A stretch of 64,000 nt of DNA from positions 21,700,001-21,764,000 of the forward strand of contig OX597824.1 of the NCBI GenBank assembly GCA_951406725.2, in the 5' to 3' direction. The notes beneath the pieces are model-generated. The model had not been told where the DNA came from. It did not search any database and saw only the letters and a program-made list of their open reading frames with translations. The DNA comes from Octopus vulgaris. Lineage: Eukaryota. Of this stretch, positions 25,212 through 37,848 are shown one piece after another (the first letter of the stretch is position 1; every line of letters starts with the position of its first letter). The translations under genes and the position numbers were made by a program.

Positions 25212-26390
25212 CACGAGGGGAAATGAAATGATATCTATACCTTTGTCAAAACTTGGTTTAAGTTGGTCATATTTTCTTCAGCTCTCATCTACTAAAAATG
25301 TGGTCTTCTTGTGGTTGTGCAATCGAAGTTTGACCTTGATTGGTCCAGTTTCCTTTCTTGTGTTACTGAGAAAGCATGGCTGTTCTACTGGTAGTGTCCA
25401 TCATCTGATTTTAAGGTGTGTCAGGGGCTGAAATTCATTGCACACTTTCAGTATAATATGAGGACAGTTGTCTATCACACAGAGTTATATATGAATGGAT
25501 TGAGAAGTTTAAAATACCTGGAATTACCAGTGAAAAAGGAATTCAAGATTCAACCTTTAGCAGAAATAGTGATACTAACTATTTTAGGGGATGCAAAATA
25601 CTGGAACATTACTGGGAAAAGTGGTTTACAGTCTCTAGTGTAAGCTTCAATGGAATACTGGCCAACAAATTGAAACCAGCAGTTTACACCAAACACTATT
25701 GTCTATCATTAAATCGAATACCGTTGCATGATCGTTGCCAGAGTGGCTAACTGGCGTTCATGCTGGTGACACGTAAAAAGCACCATTTGAGCATGATCAT
25801 TACCAGCGTCGCCTTACTGGCACTTGTGTCAGTGTGCAGGTGACACGTAAAAAAAAACACGATTTTCTGTAACCGTTGCCAGTACCGTGTGACTGACCCT
25901 TGTGCCGGTGGCACGTAAAAGCACCCACTCTCAGAGTGGTTGGCGTTAGGAAGGGCATCCAGCTGTAGAAACTCTACCAAATCAAGATTGGAGCCTGGTG
26001 CAGCCATCTGGTTTGCCAGTCCTCAGTCAAATTGTCCAACCCATGCTAGCATTGAAAGCAGACTTTAAACGATGATGATGATGATGATAATGATGATGAC
26101 AATGCATACCAGATACAATTGTGAACACCATTGAAACCATCGAAAATTAGGCTTTGAGTTGCTGAAATATCCTGCATATAGCCCAGATCTTGCTCCTTCT
26201 GACTGTCATTACTTTGGACTGCTTAAACATCCTTTATGAGGTTGTTGATTTGCTTCAGACGAAAAAGTGCAGGGAGCTGTGCATAAATAGCTGCAGGACC
26301 AGCTGCAAACCTTCTTCTCTGATGGAATAAGAAAGCTTCTGGACCACTGGAAAAAGTGCATCAAAAGGCAAAGAGACAATGCTGAGAAAG
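25212..26390 (+). pseudogene. Degenerate mariner transposase, interrupted by a family H element
   Basis: acgaggggg TIR-like start; GAEIH..L...Y....LS...IYEW..KFK; KKEFKIQP.A..V.LT...D; LHD//NA; PAYSPDLAPSD; FFSDGIRKL...W.KCI. Confidence 0.85.
25727..26098 (+). mobile_element. Family H element
   Basis: Monomers plus RTE-type tail. Confidence 0.85.
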
Positions 26391-26409
26391 GATCTTGTAC
26401 CCCTGCTTT

Positions 26410-26895
26410 TCATCATTATCATCATCATCATCGTTTAACGTCTGCTTTCCATGCTAGCATGGGTTGGATGATTTGACTGAGGACTGGCGAATCAGAAGGC
26501 TGCACCAGACTCCAATCTGATCTATCAGAGTTTCTACAGCTGGATGCCTTTCCTAACACCAACCACTCCCAGAGTGTTGTGGGTGCTTTTACGTGCCACC
26601 AGTACGAGGGCCAGTCAGGCGGTACTGGCAATGGCCATGCTCAAATAGTGCTTTTTATGTGCCACCTGCACAGGAGCCAGTCCAGCGGCACTGGCAGCGA
26701 CCTCGCTCGAATGTTTTTCACATGCCACCAGCACAAGTGCCAGTAAGGCGATGCAGGTAACGATCACGTTCTAATGGTGTTTTTAACATGCCATCGGCAT
26801 GGAGGCCAGCTTCTTGCTCTGGCAACAATCTCACTCGTATGGTACTCGTAGCGCTCCACTAGCATGGTTACCAGTCATCGAATTTGATTTCGATT
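26410..26895 (-). mobile_element. Family H element, longest copy (5 monomers)
   Basis: Monomers plus RTE-type tail, no tRNA head seen. Confidence 0.85.
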
Positions 26896-27557
26896 TTGTT
26901 TTAATAAATTATAGAAACAAGAGTATGTATAAGTTTCGACTTAGCCTGATATATATATTATTTTCTGAATTAAAGACTAGTTTATTAGAGGAAAAAAATT
27001 TTGTTGTCTAAAGAGAGTCATTATGCCAATATTATCAACACACTGGTTTAATTCCACTCCTTTATTATTGGTTAAATCACATGAATTCACATAAAGAATC
27101 TTGCAAACCAAATATAAAAACGATGTAGAGAAGAAGAAAAAAAATCAGTAAAAAAGCACCAAAAAACAAGAACTCACTCCTTGAAGTAGCAGGCAAATCA
27201 CATTTGTTTGTAATAATGTTAACAAAAACAAGTTCAAAATCAAAAATCAAAATTTCCATTCAAAGTAATAAAAGAACCCTGAAAATGAAACAAAAAAAAT
27301 TAATTTTAGTAATAAACAAAAAATATATTTCTGAAGTAACAGACAGACTCTGAAACTGAAGATAATAAAAGGTGAAAATTTGATTAAGTTGATAAAATGA
27401 TTTAATGTATAACAGTTAATGTTGAGATTTATTCCACTTAACGAATTTTTAAATAGACGAATATTCCTATAATCATTATTATTATTATTATTAAAGTGGC
27501 AAGCTAGCGGAATCATTAGTATGTGTGACAAAAATGTTTAGAGTGTTTGTTTTGGTT

Positions 27558-27787
27558 CGTGTAAAAAGCACCAACCGATCGTGGCCGTTGCCAGCCTCGC
27601 TTGGCACGTAAAAAGCACCCACTACACTCATGGAGTGGTTGGCGTTAGGAAGGGCATCCAGCTGTAGAAACTCTGCCAGATCAGATTGGAGTCTGGTGCA
27701 GCCATCTGGTTCGCCAGACCTCAGTCAAAATCGTCCAACCCATGCCAGCATGGAAAGTGGACGTTAAACGATGATGATGATGATGAT
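27558..27787 (+). mobile_element. Family H element nested in an older SINE family D copy (27490-27935)
   Basis: Host reads aagtggcaagctagcggaatcattag...ggttc // tctgagatccaattctgcc. Confidence 0.8.
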
Positions 27788-27935
27788 TCTGAGATCCAAT
27801 TCTGCCATGTTTGACTTTGCCTTTCATCATTTCGATGCTGATAAAGTAAGTACCAGTCAAATACTGGGGGAGGGGGTGGTGATATTATTTAACCCCTCCC
27901 CTCAAAATTGCAAGTCTTGCATCAAAATTAGAACA

Positions 27936-28347
27936 TTGCTGGAAGGACTGGTACCAAACTTTGGAATAAAGAGCTATACCAGACCACGAACAGGACATCA
28001 GTGTGCTGTCCCCATTGTGCCGACTGCTTCATCTTGGGCAAGGACGATGTACTGCAATAGCTTGGGTTTCAAGGACCCACAGCTGTTTAACTGTCTGCCG
28101 AAGCATCTGAGGGGGCCTTAATGGAGTGGATGTAGACGTTTTCAAACGTGATCTTGACCTCTGGCTTGCCAAGATCCCGGATGAGCCAATATCTAAGCAA
28201 GAAACTCAAAAGAGGACAGTAGCATTGAACTCCATCCTTCACCAGAAGCCGCTCAGACAAAGGTGGAAAGTGGAAAGATGATTACAATGGCGGTGCTCCA
28301 GCATGGCCACAGTCATTGGACTGAAACATATAAGAGAATAAGAGAAT
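27936..28347 (+). pseudogene. CR1-group LINE 3' end with UTR
   Basis: LEGLVPNFGI....R.G..C........N SL..K.PQLFNCLPKHLR...VDVFKRDLD.WL..IPDEP...NSI; tail ggcggtgctccagcatggccacagtc. Confidence 0.85.
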
Positions 28348-28600
28348 TGCCTTTCAACATTTCAGGGTCAATGAAATGAGTACCAGTCTAGCACTGGGGT
28401 TGATACAATCGACCAACCCCTTCACCATAATTTCAAACCTTGTGCCTATAGTAGGAAAGATTACGAGGTTGACTTTGCCTTTCATCCTTTCAGGTTTGAT
28501 AAATTAAGTACCAGCCAGGTACTGGGGTTGATGTGACCGACTATACCCCTCCCACAAAAATCCAGGCCTTGTGCTTATAATAGAAATTATTATTATTATT
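28348..28600 (+). mobile_element. Two tandem 3' halves of SINE family D
   Basis: gcctttcatcctttcgggg.cgataaa.taagtaccag core twice. Confidence 0.75.
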
Positions 28601-28784
28601 ATTTCTGCCTTAGTGAAGGTAGAGGTATTGTTTCCAGTTGTGTTTGTTTGTTTGTTTGTTTGTGGACAAGATATCTCAAGAACCACTGGATGGATTCAGA
28701 TGAAACTTTCAGGGATGTTTGGCCTCATGACTGGTACAAACTGATTGGATTTGGGTTCAATCTGGTACCAGACAAGGATTCTGG

Positions 28785-28790
<6 letters not shown>
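28597..28790 (+). mobile_element. Non-autonomous Helentron/DINE-like element fragment (also 36268-36750)
   Basis: Terminal hairpin tctgcctt-agtg-aaggtaga, (GTTT)n, gatatctcaagaacc; class assignment is inference. Confidence 0.5.
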
Positions 28791-28822
<32 letters not shown>

Positions 28823-29306
28823 GAGTGACAGAGCTGTGCATGCCATCAAAGTGACACTGGGGTAAAATATACGAAGCCCAGTATACCCATCATGACTACC
28901 CGTCTGATAAGGGTACACCAGGCACATGCATCACAACCATAAGAGCGTGACATGGTGAGTAGCCCATCCTGCTCAAATGGTCCCTGAATAAGGATTGTTT
29001 AAGGATGTTGAACGAACCACCCATGTTTCCAAGGGATGAATTATCCAAACCTCCAAGAATTCCTTTCAACACACGGTTATGATGCTCCCCAACTACTTCT
29101 GCTCATGATCAGAGATGCACATATCGTCAGCCACAAAGGGACATGCTCAACTGGTTAAGGTCAAACAACTGACAAGCAAATCTGTGATATTAAGCAGAGT
29201 ATTTGCTGTAGCCCATCTTTTATACCAAGACAAAACAATGTATATGATAACACTTCCAATCAGTTAAGATCAGAAGCCATGAGAGCCACTGCCTGGTATT
29301 GCATCA
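28823..29306 (-). mobile_element. Family T copy with ~70-bp internal deletion
   Basis: Alignment to 29325-29862. Confidence 0.9.
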
Positions 29307-29324
29307 ATTATTATTATTATTATT

Positions 29325-29862
29325 GAGTGAGAGAGCAGTGCATGCCATCAAAGTGACACTGGGGTAAAATATACAAAGCCCAATATACCCATCATGACTA
29401 CCCGTCTGATAAGGTCACACCAGGCACATGCATCACAACCATATGTGCGTGACATGGTGATCTCATATCAAGATAAACAGCACATGACCTTGCAGGTGGG
29501 GCCCAGTTAGAATTTTCTTCAGGTTGAGTAGCCCATCCCGCTCAAAAGGTCCCTGAATAAGGGTTGTTTAAGGATGTTGAAAGAACCACCCATGTTTCCA
29601 GAGGTGAATTATTCAAACCCCAAAGAATCCCTCTCAACACATGGCTATGATGCTCCCCCACTACTTCTGCTCGTGATCAGAGATGCACGTATTGTCAGCC
29701 ACTAAGGGACATGCTCAACTGGTTAAGGTCAAACAACTGACAAGCAAATCTGTGGTATTGAGCAGAATATTTGCTGTAGCCCATCTTTTATACCAAGACA
29801 AAACAATGTACATGATAACACTTCCAATCAGTTAAGTGATAACACTTCCAATCAGTTAAGTG
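29325..29862 (-). mobile_element. Family T copy
   Basis: Flanked by (TTA)n. Confidence 0.9.
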
Positions 29863-29940
<78 letters not shown>

Positions 29941-29942
<2 letters not shown>

Positions 29943-30157
29943 GGTGGCAAGCTGGCAGAATCATTAGCATGCTGGACAATATGCTTTGTGGCACTTCATT
30001 CATCTTTATGTTCTGAGTTCAATTCTGCCGAAGTCAACTTTACCTTTCATCCTTTTGGGGTTGATAAATTAAGTACCAATGAAACACTGGGGTTGATGTA
30101 ATTGTCTAGACCCCTCTCCAAAAATTTCAAGACCTTGTGCCTTCAGTAGAAAGGATG

Positions 30158-30192
<35 letters not shown>

Positions 30193-30595
30193 GGTGGAAA
30201 GGTGGCAGAATTCTTAGCATGCTGCACAAAATGCTTAGCAGCATTTCATCCGTCTACGTTCTGAGTTCAAATTCCACCAAGGTGGCTTCGCCTTTCATCC
30301 TTTCGGGGTCAATGAAATAAGTACCAGTTGAGCATTTGGGTTGATGTAATCGGCTGTCCCCCTCCTCCTCCGAATTTCAGGCCTTGTGCCTATAGTAGAA
30401 AGGATTATTATTATTATTATTAAGGTGGCAAGCTGGTAGAATCATTAGCATGCTGGACAATATGTTTTGTGGCACTTCATTCATCTTTACGTTCTGAGTT
30501 CAAACCCTGCGGAAGTCAATTTTGCCCATCATCCTTTTAGGGTTGGTGAAATAAAAACCAGTTGAACATTGGGGTAAATGTAAGTGAGTACCCCC
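29941..30595 (+). mobile_element. Three tandem SINE family D copies (Meta/MESC-like core) joined by (ATT)n
   Basis: Starts at ~29941, 30191, 30422, each aaggtgg.aag.tgg.agaat..ttagcatgctg. Confidence 0.85.
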
Positions 30596-30910
30596 TCACA
30601 CATCCACATACACACACACTACATGCACACACATCCACATACACACACACATACACTACATGCACACACACAACATGATGACAAAGTGAGGAGACAATAA
30701 GGCACACAGGCACACATACATACACACATACACACATGCACACATACACACTACATGCACACATACATGCACACACACACACATACACTACATGCACACA
30801 CATGCATACACACACACATACACACACACACACTGCATGCATACTTTCACACACACACACACACACACATACTCACACACACACATTCACACACGCACTT
30901 ACACACCTGC

Positions 30911-30939
<29 letters not shown>

Positions 30940-30947
<8 letters not shown>

Positions 30948-31110
30948 GATGGGACTTCTTCAGTTTCCACCTCCCAAATCTACTCCCAAGGCTTCGGTTG
31001 GCATGGAATTATATTAGAAGACACTTGACGAAGGTGCCATGCAGTGGGACTGAACCCAAAACCATATGGTTGGAAAGCAAACTTCACACCACCAAACCAT
31101 AGTCTGCACC
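30940..31110 (-). mobile_element. SINE family A 5' half next to expanded (CA)n tract 30596-30945
   Basis: Consensus match, diverged. Confidence 0.8.
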
Positions 31111-31169
31111 TGTATACAGTTAATCATTTGGTGACCTGATAAACAAAACATGATTTTTTTCAGAGTTTT

Positions 31170-31620
31170 AAGACTTAATTCCATCACATTGGCAAGTGAA
31201 ATAATCCGATGCTACTCATGTCTGGATTAATGGAACTTTTCAGTACGTTTTTTTAGCAATACCAAATGTTGATTGGAGCTTCTCAGTGAGATAGTGTCGA
31301 TGACACAATCAAATACTTTTGAGAGATGGAGGCAAGCTACAAACGGAATAGTTGTAGAACAGATTAACAAAATAAAAGAAAGCAAGGTATTCTCTCTCTG
31401 TTTGATTATAATTGTTGTTTGGACGTAGCAGAAAACAGTTAGTGATAAAGACCAGGTTGTAACCATCATTCTGATTGGCTAGATTTTTGGGTGCAAATTG
31501 TCCCCTAAACAATTGCGTCAAATTACATGGTCAACTAATCAGATATGCTAAAATGGATCACGTGTTCTCTTGGCAGGAAAACTTCCATCTCTCCTGGGAG
31601 CTCACTATTCTCAATAAGAA
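31170..31620 (-). pseudogene. Very old CR1/L2-group RT fragment
   Basis: FVACLHLSKVFDCV...I.L.KL...FGI resembles the DLSKAFD motif. Confidence 0.5.
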
Positions 31621-31937
31621 ATGCAGTTCTCAGCTGTTCTATGTCTTTGGCACATGCCACTGACCACACGCAACTTGTCTCTGACAAAGATGTATCTGAC
31701 ACCAGTCAGTCTCTGCTTTCATCCCTCCCAGATGCCTGCCTACATCATTGTTATATGAACACCACACAACCAACAGACCAACGGTTGCCTCACCACCACC
31801 CACAGTATGTCAACTTAGTCTACAATATCAACAGTCCAGACTAACCACGAAGTCTCTCACACATCTTTGTTGTAACCTTTTATGTTATTCTATTTCCTGT
31901 ATGGCAATTATCGTATTTTATAACGGAGAATAAAACC

Positions 31938-32328
31938 CTCTGTGCCGATGGCATGTTAAAAACACCATTTGAGCGTGATCGTTACCTGCGTCGCCTTACT
32001 AGCACTTATGCTGGTGGCAGGTGAAAGAAAACATTCGAGTGAGGTCGTTGCCAGTGCCGCTTGACTTGCTCCTGTGCAGGTGGCACATCAAAACATCACT
32101 TGAGCATGGCCATTGCCAGAACTGCCTGACTGGCCCTCGTACTGGTGGCACATAAAAGCACCCACTACACTCTCGGAGTGGTTGGCAGTAGGAAGGGCAT
32201 CCAGCTGTAGAAACTCTGCCAGATCAGATTGGAGCCTGGTGCAGCCATCTGGTTCACTAGTCCTCAGTCAAATCGTCCAACCCATGCTAGCATGGGAAGC
32301 GGACGTTAAACGACGATGATGATGATGA
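31938..32328 (+). mobile_element. Family H element (4 monomers)
   Basis: As above. Confidence 0.85.
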
Positions 32329-32607
32329 AATCGTTGCTTACCAGTTCATTTACATCTCACGTTGTATATCACTTTTATACATAATCTGTATTAACCAACT
32401 CTGTTCTAACTGGTGAATCTAAGCATAATACGCTGATCTGTTATGAAGTCAAAAGATTATCAACTTCCAGAACCACATTACGGTAGTGATCAGTCATGTT
32501 TTTAAATGTAGAACATTTCTTACTAACTCCATGTTGGTAAGTATTCAAGAAATTAATGTGTATCACATACAGCATAATGTTTTCATAAAAAATAATTTCA
32601 TGGTTTC

Positions 32608-32990
32608 TACTCTTTACTCTTTTACTCTTTTACTGGTTTCAGTCATTTGACTGTGGTCATGCTGGAGCACTGCCTTTAGTCGAGCAAATCGACCCCAGCA
32701 CTTATTCATTGTAAGTCTAGTACTTATTCTATCGATCTCTTTTGCCTAACCACTAAGTTACGGGGACATAAACACACCAGCATTGGTTGTCAAGTGATGA
32801 TAGAGGGACAAACACAGACACATAAACACACACACGCACACATATATACATATATATGACGGGCTTTTTTCAGTTTCCGTCTACCAAATCCACTCACAAG
32901 GCTCGAAGCTACAAGGTGTCACGCAGTGGGACTGAACCCAGAACCATGTGGTTGGTAAGCAAGCTACTTAGCACACAGCCACTCCTGTGC
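32608..32990 (-). mobile_element. SINE family A
   Basis: Consensus match. Confidence 0.9.
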
Positions 32991-34850
32991 TTCCTTAATC
33001 TTTCCCAAACAAGTCTTTTAAATTTTGCATCGATTTTATTAGGATTTTTAGGGTAGTTTCACATTAGATTTCTTTTCATATTAAGCATTTGCTTCAGGTT
33101 TGTTACATTGCTGATTGCTCTCCATTTTGTTGGGAGTGACTTCCAAATAAAAATTACAAAAGCAACGCAGAACCCAAGTACTTAATGAACACAGATGGAA
33201 CAGTATCTGGTCTGGAGGCACATTTTATCTTAAGCTTTTAATAACCTGAAATGCAACGGAACCTTTAAAGAATCTATCATTCACACATGCTGTATTTTGT
33301 GAACAAATGTTTCAATTTTCAATGATATGTTTCTTATCAAAGAACTAGGTTTCTTGCTACAGTGTTTGTAGTTTCATTTGTCAGAGATTGCATAAAATAC
33401 TGGTTTTTGATTTTAAATATTCTTAAGTTTGTAATTTGGGACAACATTATATATATATGTGATGTGAGTAAATTATAATATGAATCAAACTACTTATTAA
33501 TTAATATGAGTCAGGAAATAGGAATTTCTGATCTATACCATGTGAGTAATGAACTATAACATTAACATCAGCTTTACAAACATCTATCAGAGGTTAGTAT
33601 AATTATCATGTGGATTAAGGCAGTGAGTAGGCAGAATCACTAACACGCCAGGTAAGAAGTTTAGTGGTATTTCACCTATTTAACGGCAGCGAGCTGACAG
33701 AATCGTTAGCACGCTGGGCGAAATGCGTAGCCGTATTTCATCTGCCGTTACATTCTGAGTTCAAATTCCACCGAGGCCGACTTTGCCGTTCATCCTTTCG
33801 GGGTCGATAAATTCAGTACCAATTACGCACTGGGGTCGATTGTAATTGACTTAATCCGTTTGTCTGTCCTTGTTTGTCCCCTCTGTGTTTAGCCCCTTAT
33901 GGGTAGTAAAGAAATAGGTATTTCACCTGTTTATACATTCTGTGTTCAATTTTCATCGAGGCTGACTTTGCCTTTCATCCTTTTGGGGATCGATAAATGA
34001 AGTACCAGTTGAGTACCAGGATTGATGTAATTGACTATCCCTTCCCCCAAATTTCCACCCTTGTGTCTATTGTAGAAAGGATTATTATCATATGGGTTGC
34101 AGTTGAGAGATCTATACTAATATGGCCAGAAGTACCCAGCAAAAGTTTAATGTTTATGGTGCTTATTCAAAAATGGTGTTGGTAAATACAAACAAGTTCC
34201 AATAAATTTTGATATTTGTGAATGCTTTTGGATACAAATTGATGCAAATTTTGCTAAAAAATATTGCGATGAAGAAGTCAATTGCAAAATCACTGGACCA
34301 TAAATTTCTGGAAGGTTACAGTCTCTAATAAAAGTGGCTAAAAGCTCTGATAAAAATTTTAAAATTTCTGTTAACTCTTTAGCATTCAGATTACACTGTC
34401 AAAAGTAAAGCTTGTTTATTCACCCTGCTTTGAATTAGAGATGTGTTTTTTCATAGCAAAGAAATTTCAATGATGTTATTTTTTCTCATTCTATGATAAG
34501 AAACATATCATTGAAAATTGAAACTTTTGTTCACAAAATACTGCATGAGTGAATGATATATTCATTAATGGTTCCGTTATATTTCAGGTTATTAAAAGCT
34601 TAAGATAAAATATGCCTCTAGACTAGATAATGTTCCATCTGTGTTCATTAAGCGCTTGGGTTCTGCGCTGTTTTTGTAATATTTATTTGGAAGTCAATCC
34701 CAACAAAGTGGAGAGCAATCAGGAATGTAACAAACCTGAAGCAAACACTTAGTATGAAGAGGAAAGAAGGAGATCTAATGTGAAGCTACCTTAAGAATCC
34801 TAATAAAATCGATGCAAAATTTAAGACTTGTTTGGGAAAGATTAAGGAAG
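32990..34850. repeat. ~355-bp inverted repeat pair (32990-33345 and 34488-34850)
   Basis: Direct reverse-complement match, roughly 85-90% by eye. Confidence 0.9.
33683..33917 (+). mobile_element. Young SINE family D2 nested in an older D copy (33618-34088)
   Basis: TSD-like ggtatttcacct.ttta on both sides; tail tagcccctt.tgggtagtaaagaaata. Confidence 0.85.
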
Positions 34851-35212
34851 TGGGGAGTTCTTTAAGAAAGATGTTTGAGGAAAGAAATTACTTGAGTAGA
34901 AATGTTTCTTACAACAGGGGCACAACAATAGTGAGAGGATGAGAATTAACAGAGGGCCTTGTTACTCTACTAGAAATCTTTAGAAGAGGCACGAGAGAAG
35001 AAAGTTCAGCAGAACGGTGATCATGGAAGTATTTATAGCACAGAGATAAAGAAGCAAATTCCCGAAGATGAGAGATTGACATTTAACAATTAAGAATCCT
35101 ATTTAAAATAAATGACATGGTAGGGTAGGTATGAGAAGCTGGATCTTGCTGGTCTGAACATAAAACAGAACATTTTAGCTGTATATGGCTGGTTTAAATA
35201 CTAAAGAGTTAA
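34371..35212. mobile_element. TTAA MITE (second family) carrying a ~615-bp insert
   Basis: ttaactctttagcatt / aatactaaagagttaa; body matches 48371-48408 plus 49270-49431. Confidence 0.8.
34690..35095 (-). pseudogene. CR1-group LINE 3' fragment
   Basis: LSHLREFASLSLCYKYFH...SAELSSLVP...SRVTR....SHP.TI.VP......YSSNFFPQTS...NS. Confidence 0.75.
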
Positions 35213-35384
35213 GGTAAAAATTTAGGTGTCCTATAAAATGTCTTGACACAGGTCTAAGAGGAGAATCTTCTCTTGGGACTGTTTCTGCAGCAGAAGGTCT
35301 TATCACATCCCAAAGGCCCTGAATATGTTAAATATGAACGTATAGGAATATTTGCATTTAGGTGCATCTGGTGCTGCCTAAATT

Positions 35385-35880
35385 CACTCATGCCGGTGGC
35401 TTGTAAAAAAGCACCCTGCAACACTCTGCTAATTGGTTGACGTTTGGAAGGGCATCCGGCCGTAGGTTCCACACCACAACGGACAGTTGGAGTCTGGACA
35501 GTTCCCTGCTTGCATGCTCCATGTCAAACCGTCCAACCCATACCAGCATGGAGAGCAGATTTTAAATGATGATGATGATGATGATGATGGTGACGATGGT
35601 AATGATAATGGTGATGATGGTAATGATGATGATGATGATGATGATGGTGACGATGGTAATGATGATGATGATGATGATTATGATGGTGACAATGGTAATG
35701 ATGATGATGATGATGGTGATGATAGTGATGATGGTGATGATGATGACGACGACGACGATGATGATAGTGATGATGGTGACGATGGTAATGATGATGATGA
35801 TGATGACAATGACGACGACGATGATGATGATAGTGATGATGGTGACGATTGTATTGATGATGATGATGATGATGACGACA
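35385..35880 (+). mobile_element. Family H-related element with expanded (GAT)n tail
   Basis: tgccggtggcttgtaaaaaagcacc...ggaagggcatcc...caacccataccagcatgg. Confidence 0.8.
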
Positions 35881-36355
35881 AAAATAATGAGTTGTCACAG
35901 GAGTTTAAAACATGGACTGATAGATGTAGCCCAGGTGTGGCAGCAAATAATAAAGAAGGGTGTTACATTATTTTGTTTACAAATATGAAAACACACTACC
36001 AGAACTCTTTACCAATCTGTCAACACAAAACGCTTATAATTGGCTAAAAATAAAAAAAAAAAATAAAAAATAAAGATTCAGATGTAAGAGATAAAGAATT
36101 AGATGGAAATAACCAGGATTCAGTAATGAAAAATTAGATGAAGCGATAAATAATATTCATTTTGAAATTGGTGAGTTTTTTAATTAAAAAAACTTTTATC
36201 ACCTAAATTGCCAGAAGTATTGGCAATACTAGAATTACAATTAACACAGACATTTTGAAATATTCATTATTACCTCCACCTTAGCGAAGGCAGAGGTATT
36301 GTTTTCAGAAGTGTTTGTTTGCTTGTTTGTCCGTGGACAAGATATCTCAAGAACC

Positions 36356-36578
36356 TATTTCTCTATTACCCACAAGGGGCTAAACTTAGAGGGGACAAAC
36401 AAGGACAGACATAGGTATTAAGTCGATTACATCGACCCCAGTGCGGAACTGGTACTTAATTTATCGACCCCGAAAGGATGAAAGGCAAAGTCAACCTCGG
36501 CAGAATTTGAACTCACAACATAACGGCTGACGAAATACCGCTAAGCATTTCGCCCGGCGTGCTAACGTTTCTGCCAGC
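36356..36578 (-). mobile_element. SINE family D2
   Basis: 13-bp TSD tatctcaagaacc; nested in the DINE-like element. Confidence 0.9.
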
Positions 36579-36764
36579 TATCTCAAGAACCACAGGATGG
36601 ATCCGGTTGAAACATTCAGGGATGCTCGGCCTTGTAACTGGCACAAACTGATTAGATTTTGGGATCGATCTGGTATTATTTTTCCTGTTTTTTTACTTAA
36701 TTTTTGAGAGTGGTTGTGTTCATTTTTAGTATTCTCATTTGTGAGAGCGGTAGACTTTATTTCA

Positions 36765-37432
36765 AACTAGCAGTAATACCCGTCGTTCATCGGATAATTA
36801 CTTTTACTCTTTCTCAGGAGTCACATTCAAAGTATTATTATATATATAATAGATTTCTCAACGGGGATTTCAGGGGAGAGTTTCAGGGAGTCACTGGCGA
36901 TGTATCGTGATGATCAAAAATCCGGCCTGCTAAAATTTGGTTAAAGTGATTCAAACTGCAGACTCGACGCAAAATGGTCACATTTAATTCAAAGCGTTAA
37001 AAATGTTATGAAAACAATTGGTATGTGTTCACAAAGTCCAAATGATTAATATGAAAAAACCCTCCAGGCTACATCCCGAAAATTCATTTTTTTGTTGAAT
37101 TTCTACAATGTTTATGGCGATTTGTTTTTATATCTTGATTTTTTATTTTTCATGCAATTTACGCATGCTTGCACACGTCGTGAATACAGTTCATGTAAAA
37201 CAGCTGACTGAGTAAAGTTCACTATTCAATGCATGGGATAAGGCCTAAACAAACACATTATCGATTTTTGCACTTGCGAGATGAATTTCGGAACAGAAAT
37301 AGCGCAGTTCAATTTTCATTTGCCTAAACTTTAAGTGACCCATTTTTGGTGGTTCTACGATTTGTTGGCTAGGAGGAGATGTGCCGGGAAGTCAAACACA
37401 CAGACACACAAGTTGAGTTTTATATAGTTGAT
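36765..37432. mobile_element. Non-autonomous Helitron/Helentron-like element
   Basis: Begins actagcagtaatacccgtcg..cgg and ends acagacac...ttttatatagttgat, typical termini; single copy here. Confidence 0.5.
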
Positions 37433-37730
37433 CAATAGTCTTGTTCTGATGATTCCAGAGCATTCAGAATGCTTTTCATATTTTGATACTGCTGATACAG
37501 TTCCATCTTCAGTCTCTAGCTCCTTACAAACTTTGGCAACTTTTAAAAGTCGAAATATTCCTAAATCGCTATGCTCACATGTATAACCACCATAACAGCA
37601 TGCCTCTTTACTTCTTGAGTAAGCTGAAGGTCTGCCATTATTATTTTCTGAAATAAAGATTATACAGAGTTAGCAAAAAATGCAACGATGACCTCAAAAA
37701 GGTTTGTCTTCAAATACCTTATGCACCCTG

Positions 37731-37848
<118 letters not shown>

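Noticed and set aside
31938-32165. CRISPR-like repeat-spacer array
   Set aside because: The apparent spacers are homologous to each other, arrays sit in a dispersed retroposon with a (GAT)n tail, the context is eukaryotic and there are no cas genes
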